The notes beneath the pieces are model-generated. The model was not told the origin of the DNA. It did no database searches and was given only the letters and a program-made list of their open reading frames with translations. Shown in pieces: positions 25,181 to 39,330 of a DNA stretch of 64,000 nucleotides. Where the stretch lies: contig OZ286474.1 in assembly GCA_965644265.1 (NCBI GenBank), forward strand, positions 23,498,001 to 23,562,000, written 5' to 3'. How positions within the stretch are numbered: position 1 is the stretch's first letter; each line of letters starts with the position of its first letter. Source of the stretch: Glycera tridactyla (lineage: Eukaryota). Made by a program: the position numbers and the translations under genes.

Positions 25181-26116
25181 ATGAACGGATTCACTGTGGT
25201 TGCCCTACTTGCCTGTGTTAGCATGGCCTTTGCTGGTAGATACATGGGAAATTACCAAGGTGAGTTTGTCTCTGTTACACCTGGAATCCATCCTCACTCT
25301 TGATAGTCTCTTCAGTGAGGATCGGGCCACAACCTGAATCAAATTGGGATTGGATGGAGGGACTTGTCCAATGAGTGGTTGGTTGGTTGGCTATTTTACG
25401 TCCGTTGAGCACCATGTTGCTATATCGAGATGCACATGCAATAGTCTACGTTGGCATCATATTAGAGACTCTTCCTTATTAGTCCCAAACAGCAGGTGAA
25501 ATGTTATGAAAATCACAGGCATCCACGTTGAGTGATTTCTGGATAAGCTGAAAGAAAGTCTCTGAAATCTCTCTTTGCTCAGTTCTCAATCGATTGGCTT
25601 CAGCCATCTCCCACCTCTGACATGTTACTTTCTTTTGTATTTAGCTAATCAGTAGCATTATCTAATAATATCATTTCGGTTCATTAATGTATATAATCTT
25701 TCCATGAAATGATGCTCGAATCGATATCTGAATATAGCTCATCTGTGGCACTTATTCCATTTTTCCTTCAATTTTCATTCATTCAAACATGTAAATCCTG
25801 ACTACCCTAAGCAAAGAGAATATATCATTTGTTATCTTCTCTCTTAGGTTCATGTGGGGCTGATGGTATCTACTCCAATGGTAACAATGGCATCACATTC
25901 TGCTCGGGAGGTGTAGCTTCAACCCAGTACTGTGCTCCCGGCACAAGCCACTCATACAGGGCTGCCGCTGGTGCCTACGGTTACGGCTCTGGACTCTGTG
26001 ACGTCAACCATAATGACAACAACTATGGCTATTACCCTGGTGCCTACCATGGTGCCTACCCAGGCAATCGTGCCTACCCCGGTGGCTTTGCTCCTCACTT
26101 CAACCGAATTCATTAA
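25181..26116 (+). CDS. A-type copy A4 (115 aa; exons 25181-25259 + 25848-26116)
   Basis: TATAAAA 25086; MNGFTVVALLACVSMAFAGRYMGNYQ; GTGAGT donor 25260, CTTAG acceptor 25847; exon 2 ends YPGNRAYPGGFAPHFNRIH*. Confidence 0.92.
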
Positions 26117-26846
26117 ATTTCTGCCTGTGATTTGAACATCATCAACATCTAAAAGTTGGGTATGTATATTGAGGTGACGGAATATACCCCTGTAATACAC
26201 TGGAAGCGTTCTCTAACCCATCATTGATTTCAGTAAAACTGGTTCTTTTTCATGTACAAATCTTGACATTCAATACACATGCTTCACTGAAACTCCCATG
26301 CATTCTCCACTCTCTGGCATGCGTGCCTCTCTTTGGATTTCTGAACTGTCAACGATTATTCGGATGGGAGCTGGAGCCCCTGACACTAAGGGTGTATGTG
26401 CAATCAAGATAATGTAGATGCTCTCGATTACCACGGATTCCAAGAGATCCATGATGACTTAGTGTACCTATGTCATCTTCAATACACATAACCATGAACA
26501 TAACCGGCCTAGAATTCTCGTTGGTTGGTTCATTGGTTGGATGTCTCATGTGTACATAACACCATTTGTGCACTAGAAATGGTGGTAGATCTCTCAATTA
26601 CTATGACCTTCTGAGAATACAATCATGAGTTGGTTTATCGACGCCATGTTTGATGGGTACACTCATCAGCAAAGACGGCTGTTGAACCTCTGATGTGGTG
26701 GGAATCGACTGATAAAGCAATGTTCAGAATGATGAGGTGACATATATGAGACAAGTGAGCAAATCATGACTCACTGCACTTGATTGTAAGTGCAATTGTT
26801 GTGAATACATACACGCATTGCCATCACACACTTGTGTTGTTACATG

Positions 26847-26883
<37 letters not shown>

Positions 26884-27507
26884 TATTGATACATCTCCAG
26901 CCATGAGTGAGATTCTGGAACTTTTGTTGTGGGTGCTCAATGATTTGGGAAATCCCTTGATAATCACATTCACATGGTGTCATTTCTCCATTGCGAGAGA
27001 TTGTATTCATGTTTCTTACAGACGTCTTGCCTAGGTGATTTTGATGCATAATTAGAGAAAGTGAGACAGGGGGAGAAGGAGAGAGAGAGAGGGAGAACTT
27101 GAGCGTGTAATCGTGAATATTCGTTAATGTTTTCAGCATTTATAACAAATGAAAGTCCACAGAATCATAGCTGATTTTCCAAGATGGCCATTCCCATGAA
27201 TTTATGATGTGTCATGTGCTATATCAAATGCTATATCCATGTTGTTTTATTTCAGATGTGGGACATTCTGAGCCACTCTTGGTCATCATTTACATGAGGA
27301 CACACAATGGAGGTCCAATTGATTGACCTTGTCCTTAGTCATCACAATCAGGATGGGAAAAGGCTGTGCCTTATTCTTGTTGCAATAAATCAAAAAGATA
27401 TGTTCCATCTCACATATTTCGTTTGTTTGTCATTCACCCATACCTAGCAATAAGACACTCATGCATACCCCTTGGTTGATGCATACAGTTAATCTCCAAT
27501 CAACTGA

Positions 27508-27810
27508 TGTTTGTTTGTTTGTTTGTTTGAATTTAACGTCACTTAAACCCGCTTGGGTTATATCGGACTGAAAAAACTGAAAATGCTGAAGAAAAGAGTC
27601 ACTGCATGCCGGGGCCGTCCCTACTCTTTGCAAATGATAGCAGTGGATCTCTAACGTGCGTCAAGGAAAAGACTCCTATCAACACGGCCGGCCTTTGATA
27701 TCCCAGTCGGCATGCACTGGGTTAGCATGCATACGATTCATATTTGTCTAAATATTCCCAATTTGTGCAAATACTCAAATATGTGTGTTGGATCGACTTT
27801 CATGAAAAGA
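27508..27810 (-). mobile_element. Short 3' fragment of the same I-group LINE
   Basis: Tail, 3' UTR and last ORF codons match 61002-61305; no clear TSD. Confidence 0.85.
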
Positions 27811-28327
27811 CAAATTTTTTTTTTTTGAAATGATATGGATGATGGGTAGGTGCTCTATTTTCAACAGCACCTGATCTATATTGAGAGGACTATGTCATGG
27901 ACATACACGGTATCACAGTAAGGGTTCATGGCAGTCGAAGATACATGTTATTTCCCACATGATTGGTAGGGCCTCTTAACTCTATCTTGACTCCCATTTT
28001 CACTTGCATCTCACTACTGTTTCTGCTAGTAGTTTCTTCCTCCATGGTGAAGTGGGGATGTCCTAGACAATTCAATTTTATCAACCTGTCACTTCAATCC
28101 ATACTATATCGATCGGAAGTATGATCCATCAATTATCAGTGTGATGAGCTGTGTTGTGCCACAAGTGTTCCAAACCAGGAACTGCTACAAAAACCTAAGA
28201 ACAAATCATGTTACATATCTTTTCAACACAACACGACACAAACCATAAAAAGCATTCTCTTCAAACACATAGAGAGGATCACCCGCAGATTATTACCTAT
28301 AAATCTTTGTATGACTTGACCATCTAG

Positions 28328-28544
28328 TTGTTTTGTTTGTTTGTTTGTTTGTGTTTAACGTCACTTAAACCCGCTTGGGTTATATTGGACTGAAAAACTG
28401 AAAATGCTGAAGAAAAGAGTCACTGCCTGCCGGGGGCCGTCCCTACTCTTTGCGAAAGACAGCAGTGGATCTTTAATGTGCGTAAAGGAAAAGGCTCCTA
28501 AATACACGGCCAGCCTTTGATATCCCAGTCAGCATGCACTGGGT
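28328..28544 (-). mobile_element. 3'-UTR-only copy of the same I-group LINE with a 12-bp TSD
   Basis: TTGACCATCTAG at 28316-28327 and 28545-28556. Confidence 0.88.
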
Positions 28545-31500
28545 TTGACCATCTAGCTCAAGCTAAATTGTTTCATATGATGGAATATGATATGACCTCT
28601 GGGTCCATGTATTCATGATGGAATCTTCAAAAACAAACAGACCATTCTACGAACATACATCTAATTCAGAATTTTGTCATAGTCGACAGGCGTCTTTTAC
28701 TGAAACAGCCATCTATCGAATGCAAGAAAGGTTAATTTAGTCACTCAATGCACCCGTTCCTTGACTGATTGATTGATTGATTGAGTATTATTCAATTTCC
28801 TCTCTACTCTACATGGGTCCTTCCGAACTGAAATTTTATTGTACTAAGGAATTACTCTTTGATGCAAATTATTGTATTCAGGAAGTGCTGCATAGAAATG
28901 AATACTGGATTGAAAAAAATTGAAATTGTATTTTTGTTTCTTATTTTTATCTTCTTTTTTGTATTTTTCAATTCTTCTTCATGAAAAAGTAATTAGTTGG
29001 AGAAAGGAGCACCATTGCCGAGGAACTTCTCTTACCAAATCATACTGCTTCTACCTCAAGTCATCCGACTACGGTTCTTCCTATTCTTACTGTGAGGATG
29101 CGAAATTGATTCATATGATATCTGTTCTCTTCAATGTGTAGATTATATATGAATACAGGAGAAACCGATTTCGAAATATTTCCTTTGTGATTTTCAAAGG
29201 GAAATGACGTATACATGCTGACATATTCATACACGCAAACATGACACCTTCAACGCATATGAATTCCATTGAATTTCAAACTCATTCGGAGACCAGGGAA
29301 GAGGAATTTTGAATAATTCCAGTGCACAAGTGCGCACATGAGTTCACAAAACGATGAACAATCGATCAGTCAACCATCCATACAGTGTCCTCAGATTCAG
29401 AGAAAGTCGAGTTTCGAATAATAAGCACAGATGAATGGTTTGCTTCAGTGGTGGAAGAATGGAGGTTGCGCCGTCAAGGCATGGATAACCTGATCAAAAT
29501 AAGCTGCATCGTCATAGTACTGAATCAACTTAGTTTGATATATCCTGGGAGGGATCATCTCTTGGAGATGTATTAAACTCAGTCTGAGTCATGATGTCAA
29601 CAAACTTGGTTCTCTGGTAATTGCACTGCAACCAAAAGACCTCAGCCAGGGTAGAAGGACAACAGCCACTTGATCATTCAATGGATACCTCCCTCATGCA
29701 TGTTGTTGGAGCTCATCGTTATTTAGACGTCATAGCATTTATATTGTAAGCAACCGCAAATTAAAAAAAAAATACCATCCATGAAAATACATACCATCGT
29801 GAGTTTCACACTCACCCTGTATTTATGATGTGATCGATTGCTGAGATGCATAGTAGTTTCATGAGCTTGGGCATTCCATATTCTAACACCACAAAGACAC
29901 AATGCTGGCGGGGCATACAAAGAAAAGAGCAGATCTTTTCATAAACGGAGCAGATTACATTGCTGAGAGCGAAAGAATTGACACATCATACTTGCAATTA
30001 TATATCTGCCCACGTTAATGGTTACCTACTTGTTTCCCATATTTCGCAAAAGATGCTAAACATTGACTTCCTTCATTCCATGATAGTGTTGCAGTCAGCA
30101 ACATGCACAGGAATGCGCACCAGTAGTATGGCGTACTCGTGTACACACATAGGGTAAGCCAATCTATGACTCACTGTCCAAAATGACAGGGCCCCATATG
30201 TGAGTGTGAAACCAGTCGTATCGTCTCCAGGCTAAGGTAAATGAACAAGCCAGGGAAAATGGAATCTACTTGCTGCAAAATCAATTCTCTATTCGTAAGT
30301 GGTGCGGTCATTCAGACATCCTAACTCCCTCTGGATGGTTCGCAATTGACAGTCTTGTGGACCTGGGCTGGGATATGGCACATGACTGAACCGTAACTTG
30401 TTAGCCCATGATTACCTGGATGTCACTAGAATCCGTATAGATTGGTAGAAGGACAGGGCTCCAACAATTAAGTAAAACTATATAGTGCGCATCAGCGACA
30501 ATAAGTAGGAGTCTATCATTGAGAGGATTGATACCTTGCACAGGGATGATCATTATAGATCTGAATTCAATCACACTGATTCCATTTGAGGGGAATCTTC
30601 TCCAAGGGAGGGCACCAAGGCCACGTCATGACGTCAACAAACATGGTATTGATATTCGTTACTTACTTCCTCTGCAACACAAATGCCTAATTATTTCATG
30701 AGAAATTCTGTCATTCATGTCACGAATTTCATTTGAGCATTTATTTATGATGTCAATTGTATGGGTTAATACGGGTATCTCAACACTTACCAAGTTATAT
30801 TTTTGTCCTGCCATCTCTTCTATTGGACATCTATTGGATATTATATAGTGATGTGATACGTGTAAATTTATAGCTGCGATTGATTTTCCACCCCTCATTC
30901 TTTTACCTTTTTACCTAATTAATATTGTTATATTGTTCTATGTTCCATGTAGCTACTAAAATGAATTGTGTATTCATCACGCTATACGGATAAAAACGTC
31001 ACAAACAACCATGTTGTTGCAATATTGACATTGTGAACAAAGGCAAGATATTTTTTTAGTCAAACAATGGCTCAAAAAAAAATAAGTGAACTGTTGAGGT
31101 AAGCGAAAGTAAATTAATGTATTTCGAGATAAAACAAAGACTTCCTCTATCACTTGTAGTTCCATATGTGGCCTAAATCATGTGGCATTGTTTAAATACT
31201 TATTCTGGACGAATAATCAAGTCTTAGGGGCTATATTGATCATATCATATCCCAAATAAACCAAAGAACATCACTTCTAAGGAAGATCAAGCTTATATCG
31301 ACAAAAAAGTTGGCATAATACCTAGTCAAGACCCTGATGCTCCCTATTCAAGCTTTGGTGATGCTCCCTCTAATATTGCTTAATATGCAGAGTGATCATG
31401 CAGGCCTCATCAGGAGATACACCATTTTCAGATGCATTTCACGTGAATTAAACATCCCATCTTTCAGGTTGAGTGGTTGATGACGAGTTTATATATGTAC

Positions 31501-32111
31501 AAATAAATAAATGAATCAATAAATTAATTAATTATATGATAAAATACCCAGTCATATCGGCATCCTGAACAAACCATTTACCTCGTTTCTACACATGTAT
31601 AAAACTATCGATCTTTGTATTCATGAACTTTGACTATTGAAACATACCTAACAAGTCAGAGTCATTTCTATATCAGAAGTAGATTATTATGTCAGTCTCT
31701 TGTTAGAGGACTTCCATTCTGAATACGGAGCCTCATAGTTAATAGCATGACACTACTTTGTGCTTTGCCGAAATTTCCTGAATTAGATACGAATCCTAGC
31801 GTACCCAAATCTAAGCATACCACATCCATCACGAGAGCTATGACCCAATTATTGAGGAGCAAGGTCAAATCTAACGACACTCACGTGAATTGACTAGATA
31901 CAACAAATGTACATAGATCAAATGGTAGTAGGCAGGAATACAAGTCATGCCCGTCTAGCCCCCAGACAATGAGAGTAAGGTCAGGGTCAGTCATGGGTGC
32001 TTCCCCAGTGGATGGGTATAAGAGACAGGAGGCTGGCCACTTGGTCTTCACTCTCACCTTGTCTACGTATCTTGAAGCATCCTTTTCCCCTAGACACCAT
32101 CCAACATCATC

Positions 32112-32957
32112 ATGAACGGATTTACAGTGATTGCCTTACTTGCCTGTGTTAGCATGGCCTTTGCTGGAAGATACATGGGAAACTACCAGGGTAAGTTTGT
32201 CTTTATTACAGGTTTATCCATCCTCATTCACTCCAGATAGTATCATCAGGAAGAATTGAGCCAATGTGAGGCGGGATGCCCCCACAATCTGAATCATTTT
32301 TGAATGGTGTTGGGTGTATCAAATGATTGGTTGGTTGGTTAGTTATTTCACATTTGTTGAGCTATATTAAGAGGCCCATGCAATGGCCGGCATCATTAGA
32401 GACTCCTCACTCTGAGTACCAAACGGGAGGTTAGAATTTATCGAATTCACAGACAATCAAAGTGTTTGATTGATATCTTTGTGCAGCTTTATATCATTCA
32501 GCTTCAGCTATCTCCTACCACTAAAGTCTTACTGTTTTGGTTCTGAAGCTGGAAGGTACATCGAGATGTAGCTCATCTGTGGCATTTTTCCAATTAGACT
32601 TCAATCTGCGTGCATCCATATCCCTCTCTATAAATATGAATATGTTTGTTATAACATTGATTGCTATCTTATGTTTAAGGTTCTTGTGGGGCTGATGGTA
32701 TCTACTCCAATGGAAACAATGGAATCACATTCTGCTCAGGAGGTGTAGCTTCAACCCAGTACTGTGCTCCCGGCACAAGCCACTCATACAAGGCTGCTGC
32801 TGGTGCCTATGGTTACGGCTCTGGACTCTGTGATGTCAACCATAATGACAACAACTATGGCTCCTACCCATCCTACCCTGGTTCTTACCATGGTGACTAC
32901 CAAGGCAATCGTGCCTACCCTGGTGGCTTTGCTCCTCACTTCAACCGAGTTCATTAA
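32112..32957 (+). CDS. A-type copy A5 (118 aa; exons 32112-32190 + 32680-32957); absent from the ORF track in its true frame
   Basis: TATAAGA 32017; MNGFTVIALLACVSMAFAGRYMGNYQ; GTAAGT donor 32191, TTTAAG acceptor 32679; exon 2 ends NYGSYPSYPGSYHGDYQGNRAYPGGFAPHFNRVH*. Confidence 0.9.
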
Positions 32958-33529
32958 ATTCATTTCTGTCGTCGATCTGGGCAATTAACATCTGGAAGAT
33001 GGGTATGTATATTGAGAGGAAGTGATAGAAACTTGCTCAATCTAATCACGGACCTACATTAGATACGTCCATGATCTAATTCACACAAATAACATAATCT
33101 CACCATGTTCTCCGAAATACTATGAACAAACTTTCCTTAATCACATAAAGGACCTTTATTGATATTTCCAAAGTCCTCTCCACCCTCACCACACACACAC
33201 ACCACTAATCTCATCCAACATGCCCTGACACATAATCAAGGAATTCATGTGGTTTGCTCGGCTGAGTTGTATTGCCATCAACTTCGAGTCTTTGTGTCAA
33301 GGCAATCAAAGCAAATCACATGCAAAGATATTTTAGACATCCGAGCCTGTCGATGGACATCTAAAAGTGTGGAGGGTTTCAAAATAAACTGGAGTCACTG
33401 TCACTTGGGTGTACACTCCTAATGGCTATGTCAACTATAGTCTACACCGCCATTACCATGGCTTATGACTCACTTTATTCGAATGTAAATAATTGGTCTA
33501 CGTAGGAGGGAGATGACAGCTGTAGTGAA

Positions 33530-33720
33530 AATGAAATGAAATGAAATGTTAAGGTTTTAGGTCCACTTTCTGCACTTGAGTAAGCTAAATCAGACCACCT
33601 GCCAAGGAGGAGCGAAGATGAAGGGTGAAACATTCCTGCATGGTAGGACCGAGGATTGAACCCCAGACCCATTGCATGCCAGCCCAGCATGCTACCACTG
33701 AGCCACCAAGGCAGGCCCAG
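33530..33720 (-). mobile_element. tRNA-derived SINE, family S2
   Basis: A-box TGGCTCAGTGG, B-box GGTTCAATCC, (CATTT)n tail, TSD AGCTGTA(G/A)TGAA at 33518-33529/33721-33732; absent from the homologous site downstream of A7. Confidence 0.85.
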
Positions 33721-33977
33721 AGCTGTAATGAACAGCTTCGTTTCCCTCACAAACATGTGCTGTTTGCCACATGAATCAACGTTGTCTATTAATAAGTCAA
33801 CACAATAGGTATTAGAGGAATCATGCAACACTAATCTTGTGGGTGCTAACAGGAGATTAAACTATTGTTAATCATAGACACATTTAAGTGTCATTTCTGC
33901 AATCATGTAAGTAAGAAACAACTTTCTAGTCAAGATGCTGCAGATCAATAGGCTATAATTGTATTTTTCTATTTCAG

Positions 33978-36620
33978 GTAGCATGTGATTGTTCACAAAT
34001 ACTCGGTTGTCAATCAGAAGAGGAAGCACATTCGAGGACAAACTGATTGTGGCTATCCCAACAAGGAGTGAAATAGGCTATGCCTGTATTTTGTTAATGG
34101 AATAAAATTGAAAAATAGATCTTGATCAGCATATCTTGTTTTTCATTCACTTTTATAAGACTCGCCGATTGAGTGAATATGGTTGACGCAAGACCACCTC
34201 TAATTGGGACACTCTACATACATAAACTCTTTGGTTGATGCATACTGCAAACTTCCAACTATCTGACCATATTCTACGTGATGTATGTTTGTAGGCAATG
34301 ATACCAATACTGAGATGGGGTTTCATCCATCAGCACAACCTGATTTATATTGAGATGTTCATGATGTGGGCATGTGTGGTCTAACTGCAAGGTTCCGTGA
34401 GTGTAAGAGATTAACATTCTTCATCATAATTGGTTTGCTCTGGTTCGATGTCACATTGATCGCCATTCAATGGGCATGGTAGGGATCATTCAAGACTCCT
34501 CTTCCAAAGAGAAGATAATTTCACACCCAAGATGCCCTTTCTGGTATCTTTATCACGAGTCTGGTATCGTTTTTTGCAATAGTTCTTGACATGCATTGTT
34601 TCGTAGCAAGTGTTTGTTGCAGTTGAAGGTACACAGTATTCCTCAAAAAAGTATTATTATATTTAGCATAGGGCCTCTCGACATCAATTTTTCACATGTA
34701 TTCTGCTACTGATTCTAGTACTCATTTGTACTTTCATGATACAATTATCATGCGGAATCGATAATTGGTTTCCGTAGGCTTAAACAAGAAAGAAACAACG
34801 AGCGGATATCTCCCTGCTGTGAATTCTTGCTTTTATTGCATGACTGATTATCGTATTTGAATTCATGACGATTTGTATTCATGTCAAATTGGGATCATTG
34901 GCTTTCTATCTGTGATGCCTGATATTGGCGTACTATTAAATATCACTGGAATTGCACCAGTCGTTCATTCTGACCACTACTAATATACAGGTGAGATCAT
35001 ACCTGAATCCACACATAATATCCACACCTGAGAGTGGAACATCCAAACTTTATCCATCGATTAGACTCTGGTCGTAGGATTGCATAGAGAGTGTCCTTTG
35101 CCTGTTGTCCTAATAGAAAAAGAAAGCTTATGATCGGATCAGACACTGAGTACTATTGTTAGACAGGGACCTCTGTCTTTTCCATCAACTCTGAAAAAAT
35201 TATCATACAGGAACTTGATGGAATCTCTTACGCCATGGCAAGCAGTTTTGAGCACGATTCCTGAAACCTTCTCCAGGTGTAATAGCCGATCCTTCAAGTT
35301 TTATTTTATCTTTGTTAGATTTTATTATGTCACATTGACCAATTGGTTTTATCACATGTTACACAAAACAAGGAATATTAATAGGCTTGACTCAATATAG
35401 CAAGACGGCGATAACTTTGACACAGGTAGATTATTGAAAAAGAGCAACTGTGTGGGTACCAACGAATTGATATTTGAAATTATATAGAGAGCATGACCAA
35501 TGAACTTAGATAGAGGGTATTCCACATGTTTATAATCTCACATATAGAAGCATATATCTTGTATTCGACCACTCTATCCAAAATGAGTTCTAACAAGCCA
35601 TAGTATTCACGGTGGCGGATCTCGGCAAATTTGATGAGGTTGGTTGATTGGTTGGTTCTGGTTGAACGTCACGTCAGCACCATCTGGGCTATATTGTGAC
35701 GCCCATGTAATGGGCATGAGTTGGATCGTCCAAGACTCCTCCTTCTGGGTCCCAAATGTAAGGTGAGAATTTATGAAATTCACAGACACTCAAGGTGCCA
35801 TTTCTGCGGGAAATCAATGTGCTGACTGTGGCCAGTAGAAAATGGACAGGACAGTACATCGACATCTTTGCGAACAAGTCAAAGTATATAATCTCGTAAG
35901 TAATGTTCAATCAGGATTCGGAAAACGCCATGTTCATAGCTACAATTCACCCAGGCAGAGTGTTGGTTTTATGATTACAGACCCATTGTCTACATCAAGA
36001 AAGCAAACCCACCCATACTTAGACACACCTTCTTACTGGTAAACATATGGCCATGACTGGCAGAAATCTTGAAAGGGTGTTCTCTGAGGATTATAAGGGT
36101 GTGATGGTGGTTGCAAGTCTCAGTTTCAATGACCACATCATGTAGACATATGAAATCTGTGTTCATGAATTATCTGTAATTGGACAAGACAGAATTTTCA
36201 CCATCCTGTCACTTCTATCCATGCTGTGTCAATCAAAAGTATGACCAATCAATTGATGATGCGATGAGATGCATTGAGCCACAAGTGTTTTTGACCAGGA
36301 ACTGCTATGAAATACGCAAGAACAAAGCATGTCACATAGCTCTTCACATTATCTCTTCAATTAGGCCCATTATAATGTAATCACATAATGAATGCAGCCC
36401 ATCAATGGGACTGACTTGGAACACATAGAGATGATAACCTGCAGATTGTGACCTATAAATAGTTGCATGACCTGACCAGAATTTGTCATAGTCTACGTGA
36501 GTTCACTCCTGAAGCAGCCAGCTATCAAATCCAAGAGGTGTTACTTTAGTCACTCAATGCGTCTGCCCCAATATAATACTGCTTCTACCTCAAGTCATTT
36601 GAGTACAGTTATTCCCATTT
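33978..36620 (+). mobile_element. Same ancient CR1/L2 LINE remnant downstream of A5
   Basis: ORF 35842 MDRTVHRHLCEQVKVYNLVSNVQSGFGKRH matches the LINE RT 'QL..YL..NNLL...QSGFR..H' segment; colinear with unit 2. Confidence 0.7.
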
Positions 36621-37320
36621 TTTTCGCAATAGATTGATATCATAATACCTGTTGTCTTCAATCCGTGGATGTGCATATTATACAAAAGAAACCAATCTCG
36701 AAAAAATATACTCCGTATTTTCCTTAACGAAAAAGACATAAACATGCTAGCATGTTCATATCCATATGCACAAAAATGTGCTTGCACTTGACAATCTTGT
36801 GCACTTGTACTAGGGTTTGGAAAATAGCTGATCAGATCCTTCCTAGCTTATGTTCACTAGGATATCAGTAGTAACAATCGGAAATGACACCTTGAGTGCC
36901 TCTTGAGTTTCATCGAATTCCAACCTCTCTTGGGGAACCCGGGGAGAATAGACTCGAAATGTCCGGCCCGTGATCATCACACAACTGAGATTCAGAAACT
37001 TTATTAGGCTCTGGATTGGAAGGTCTAAAGGGACCATATATATCCATTGAGAGCACAACAAACAACAACATATATACGTGATTACACAAGGAAGGAAGGA
37101 AACATAGATGGTCAGCAATGATTCGACAATACTTCGCAGGAATGGAGAAGATAGTGATGATCCACAGCGAGATTTTACGAGAACAATTTACGGATAGGAT
37201 ACATAAGACTGGTCTGATAAATAGTTATCATATAGCTAACAAGGCATTCACAAAACGTTGAACATTCAACCAATCAAGCATCAATAGAATCCCCTCAGAT
37301 TGAAAGAAAGACAACGCTTC

Positions 37321-37771
37321 AAATTGCATATGTATGGTTTGCTTTAGCAGCTGCGCCATCTGGGCAAATTGCAGATGTATGGTCTTCTTTAGCAGCTGCA
37401 CCATCTGGGCAAATTGTAGATGTATGGTCTGCTTTATCAGCTGCACCATCTGGGCAAATTGCAGATGTATGGTCTACTTTATCAGCTGCACCATCTGGGC
37501 AAATTGCAGATGTATGGTCTACTTTATCAGCTGCACCATCTGGGCAAATTGCAGATGTATGGTCTGCTTTATCAGCGGCACCATCTGGGCAAATTGCAGA
37601 TGTATGGTCTGCTTTATCAGCGGCACCATCTGGGCAAATTGCAGATGTATGGTCTGCTTTATCAGTTGCACCATCTGGGCAAATTGCAGATGTATGGTCT
37701 GCTTTATCAGTTGCACCATCTGGGCAAATTGCAGATGTGTGGTCTGCTTCATCAGCTGCACCATCTGGGCA
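37321..37771. repeat. 45-bp minisatellite, about 10 units
   Basis: Unit ATCTGGGCAAATTGCAGATGTATGGTCTGCTTTATCAGCTGCACC. Confidence 0.97.
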
Positions 37772-38179
37772 TAGATTGATAACCAGATCAAAATAGAAGG
37801 GATTATCATAATACCGAATCAACTCAGATTAATACATTATCTGAGGAATTTTCTCTGGGGATGTATCACACTAAAACTGCGTCATGATATCAACGAAATT
37901 GGTACATTGGTATTTGCTCTGCAACTGGGGTAGCTCAACCTTGGCAAAAAAAACAACAGTCACGTAATCATTTTTCAGGAGACCAGAACTTTCGACAATT
38001 CGCATAACAACATCGAGGTTATAAACAATCGCAAGTTGTACGAAGGAGCCTTCAATGAATATCCATAGTATTATGAGTGTCAATCTCAACCTGTATCCAT
38101 GATGTGTTCAACTGATGGAATGAACAGTAGTTTTATGAGCATGTTTTTTTCATATTCTAACACAACAAAGATAAAATGC

Positions 38180-39330
38180 TTAAGATAAGATAAAATAAGA
38201 TATATTCATTTCAACTTAACATGGAGAGGTCAATAAAAAGACATGACTCAATGAACTGTATTGTTAGTAGAACACATATGCATACAAGTAAATATGCAAT
38301 TTTAAAACAATAATAATATCATCATTTGTACACTGTAACAAGGTGATAAATTGTGATTCTACAGAAGGATAATGACAAGTAATAGCAATGACGCTTGTAA
38401 CACTAATAATGATAAATGTGATAGACGTAATAATGATAATGATAACGATAATAATGCTGATATCAACAGAATAGTAAAAAAAAAATAAACTGGAATATAG
38501 CAGAGTAGACATCACAGTATTGATCACAGCCATGATAGTGATATAGCAACAAATAAATATAATATTTTATGCCTATTATGCCGCTTCATTTCAGGCGAGG
38601 TATATATCACGTTTAAGCTATTGAGATTATGTGATAGGCAAATGGAGATAAGCAATGTTCAATGTTGATATGGAGTACATAATGCAGTGGGACTATTCTT
38701 GGCTTCTATCAAGCCAAGGAGTAATTGTTTGGCAGTTTGCGGTCGAACACATTCTAATATGAGATAGAATTGTATCAATCAAAGTCGAATAGGTCCACTT
38801 GGATATCATATGTGCGATATCATATAATCATATAATCTGACTGTCTTGTAGTGAAGTCGAAGATAACTATATTATATTATAGTTATCTTCGACTTCACTA
38901 CAGGACAGTCAGATTATAATAATATTATATTATAGTTATCTTTGACTTCACTACAGGACAGTCAGATTATAATAATATTATATTATAGTTATCTTCGACT
39001 TCACTACAGGACAGTCAGATTTGCTGATGCTGTATTCGGGATCTTATCTGTTTTGGGTAATTGTCTGAAGGCATTTTCAGATGCCTCTTTTTGAATGACA
39101 TCACACTGTCTGTAATGCGTGTATCACTGTCAGTCTCATTCCAGTAGAGAAACAATTTTCCCTGAATTTCAATTTTGTTCTTGGCACTCTCATCACAGTA
39201 ACTTTTGAGGCTCTTCTGCACCTGGCATATTGATTAAACCTTTCATTGAACCATGACCATTCTCCAATCTGAAAAGCTCAACAGTGCAACGATAACGCCT
39301 GGCAGTATTCAGTGCCGAAGAATATACTCT
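38180..39330 (-). mobile_element. Probable 3' end of a CR1/L2-type LINE with a (TCTTA)n tail
   Basis: ORF 39015..39221 has KNKIEIQGKLFLYWNETDSDTRITDSVMSFKKRHLK, resembling the CR1/L2 'G..LWN.LP..I....S...FK..LK' terminus; TAAGATAAGATAAAATAAGA at about 38182-38201. Confidence 0.5.
38832..39021. repeat. Fold-back: one inverted 40-bp arm followed by three direct 53-bp copies
   Basis: 38832-38871 is the reverse complement (one mismatch) of 38878-38917; direct repeats start at 38878, 38931, 38984. Confidence 0.92.

Larger units (their letters stand above)
27256..29080 (+). mobile_element. Same ancient CR1/L2 LINE remnant downstream of A4, with a large deletion and two younger LINE tails inserted
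   Basis: Homologous blocks at 27256-27500, 27830-27960 and 28100-29080; boundaries approximate. Confidence 0.5.

Noticed and set aside
33530-33720. Functional tRNA gene (also 41508-41682)
   Set aside because: A and B boxes are present but no cloverleaf is evident; body, simple-repeat tail and TSD indicate a SINE.
37319-37822. Repeat ORFs (ICPDGAADKADHTSA)n and others
   Set aside because: Product of a 45-bp minisatellite open in several frames.
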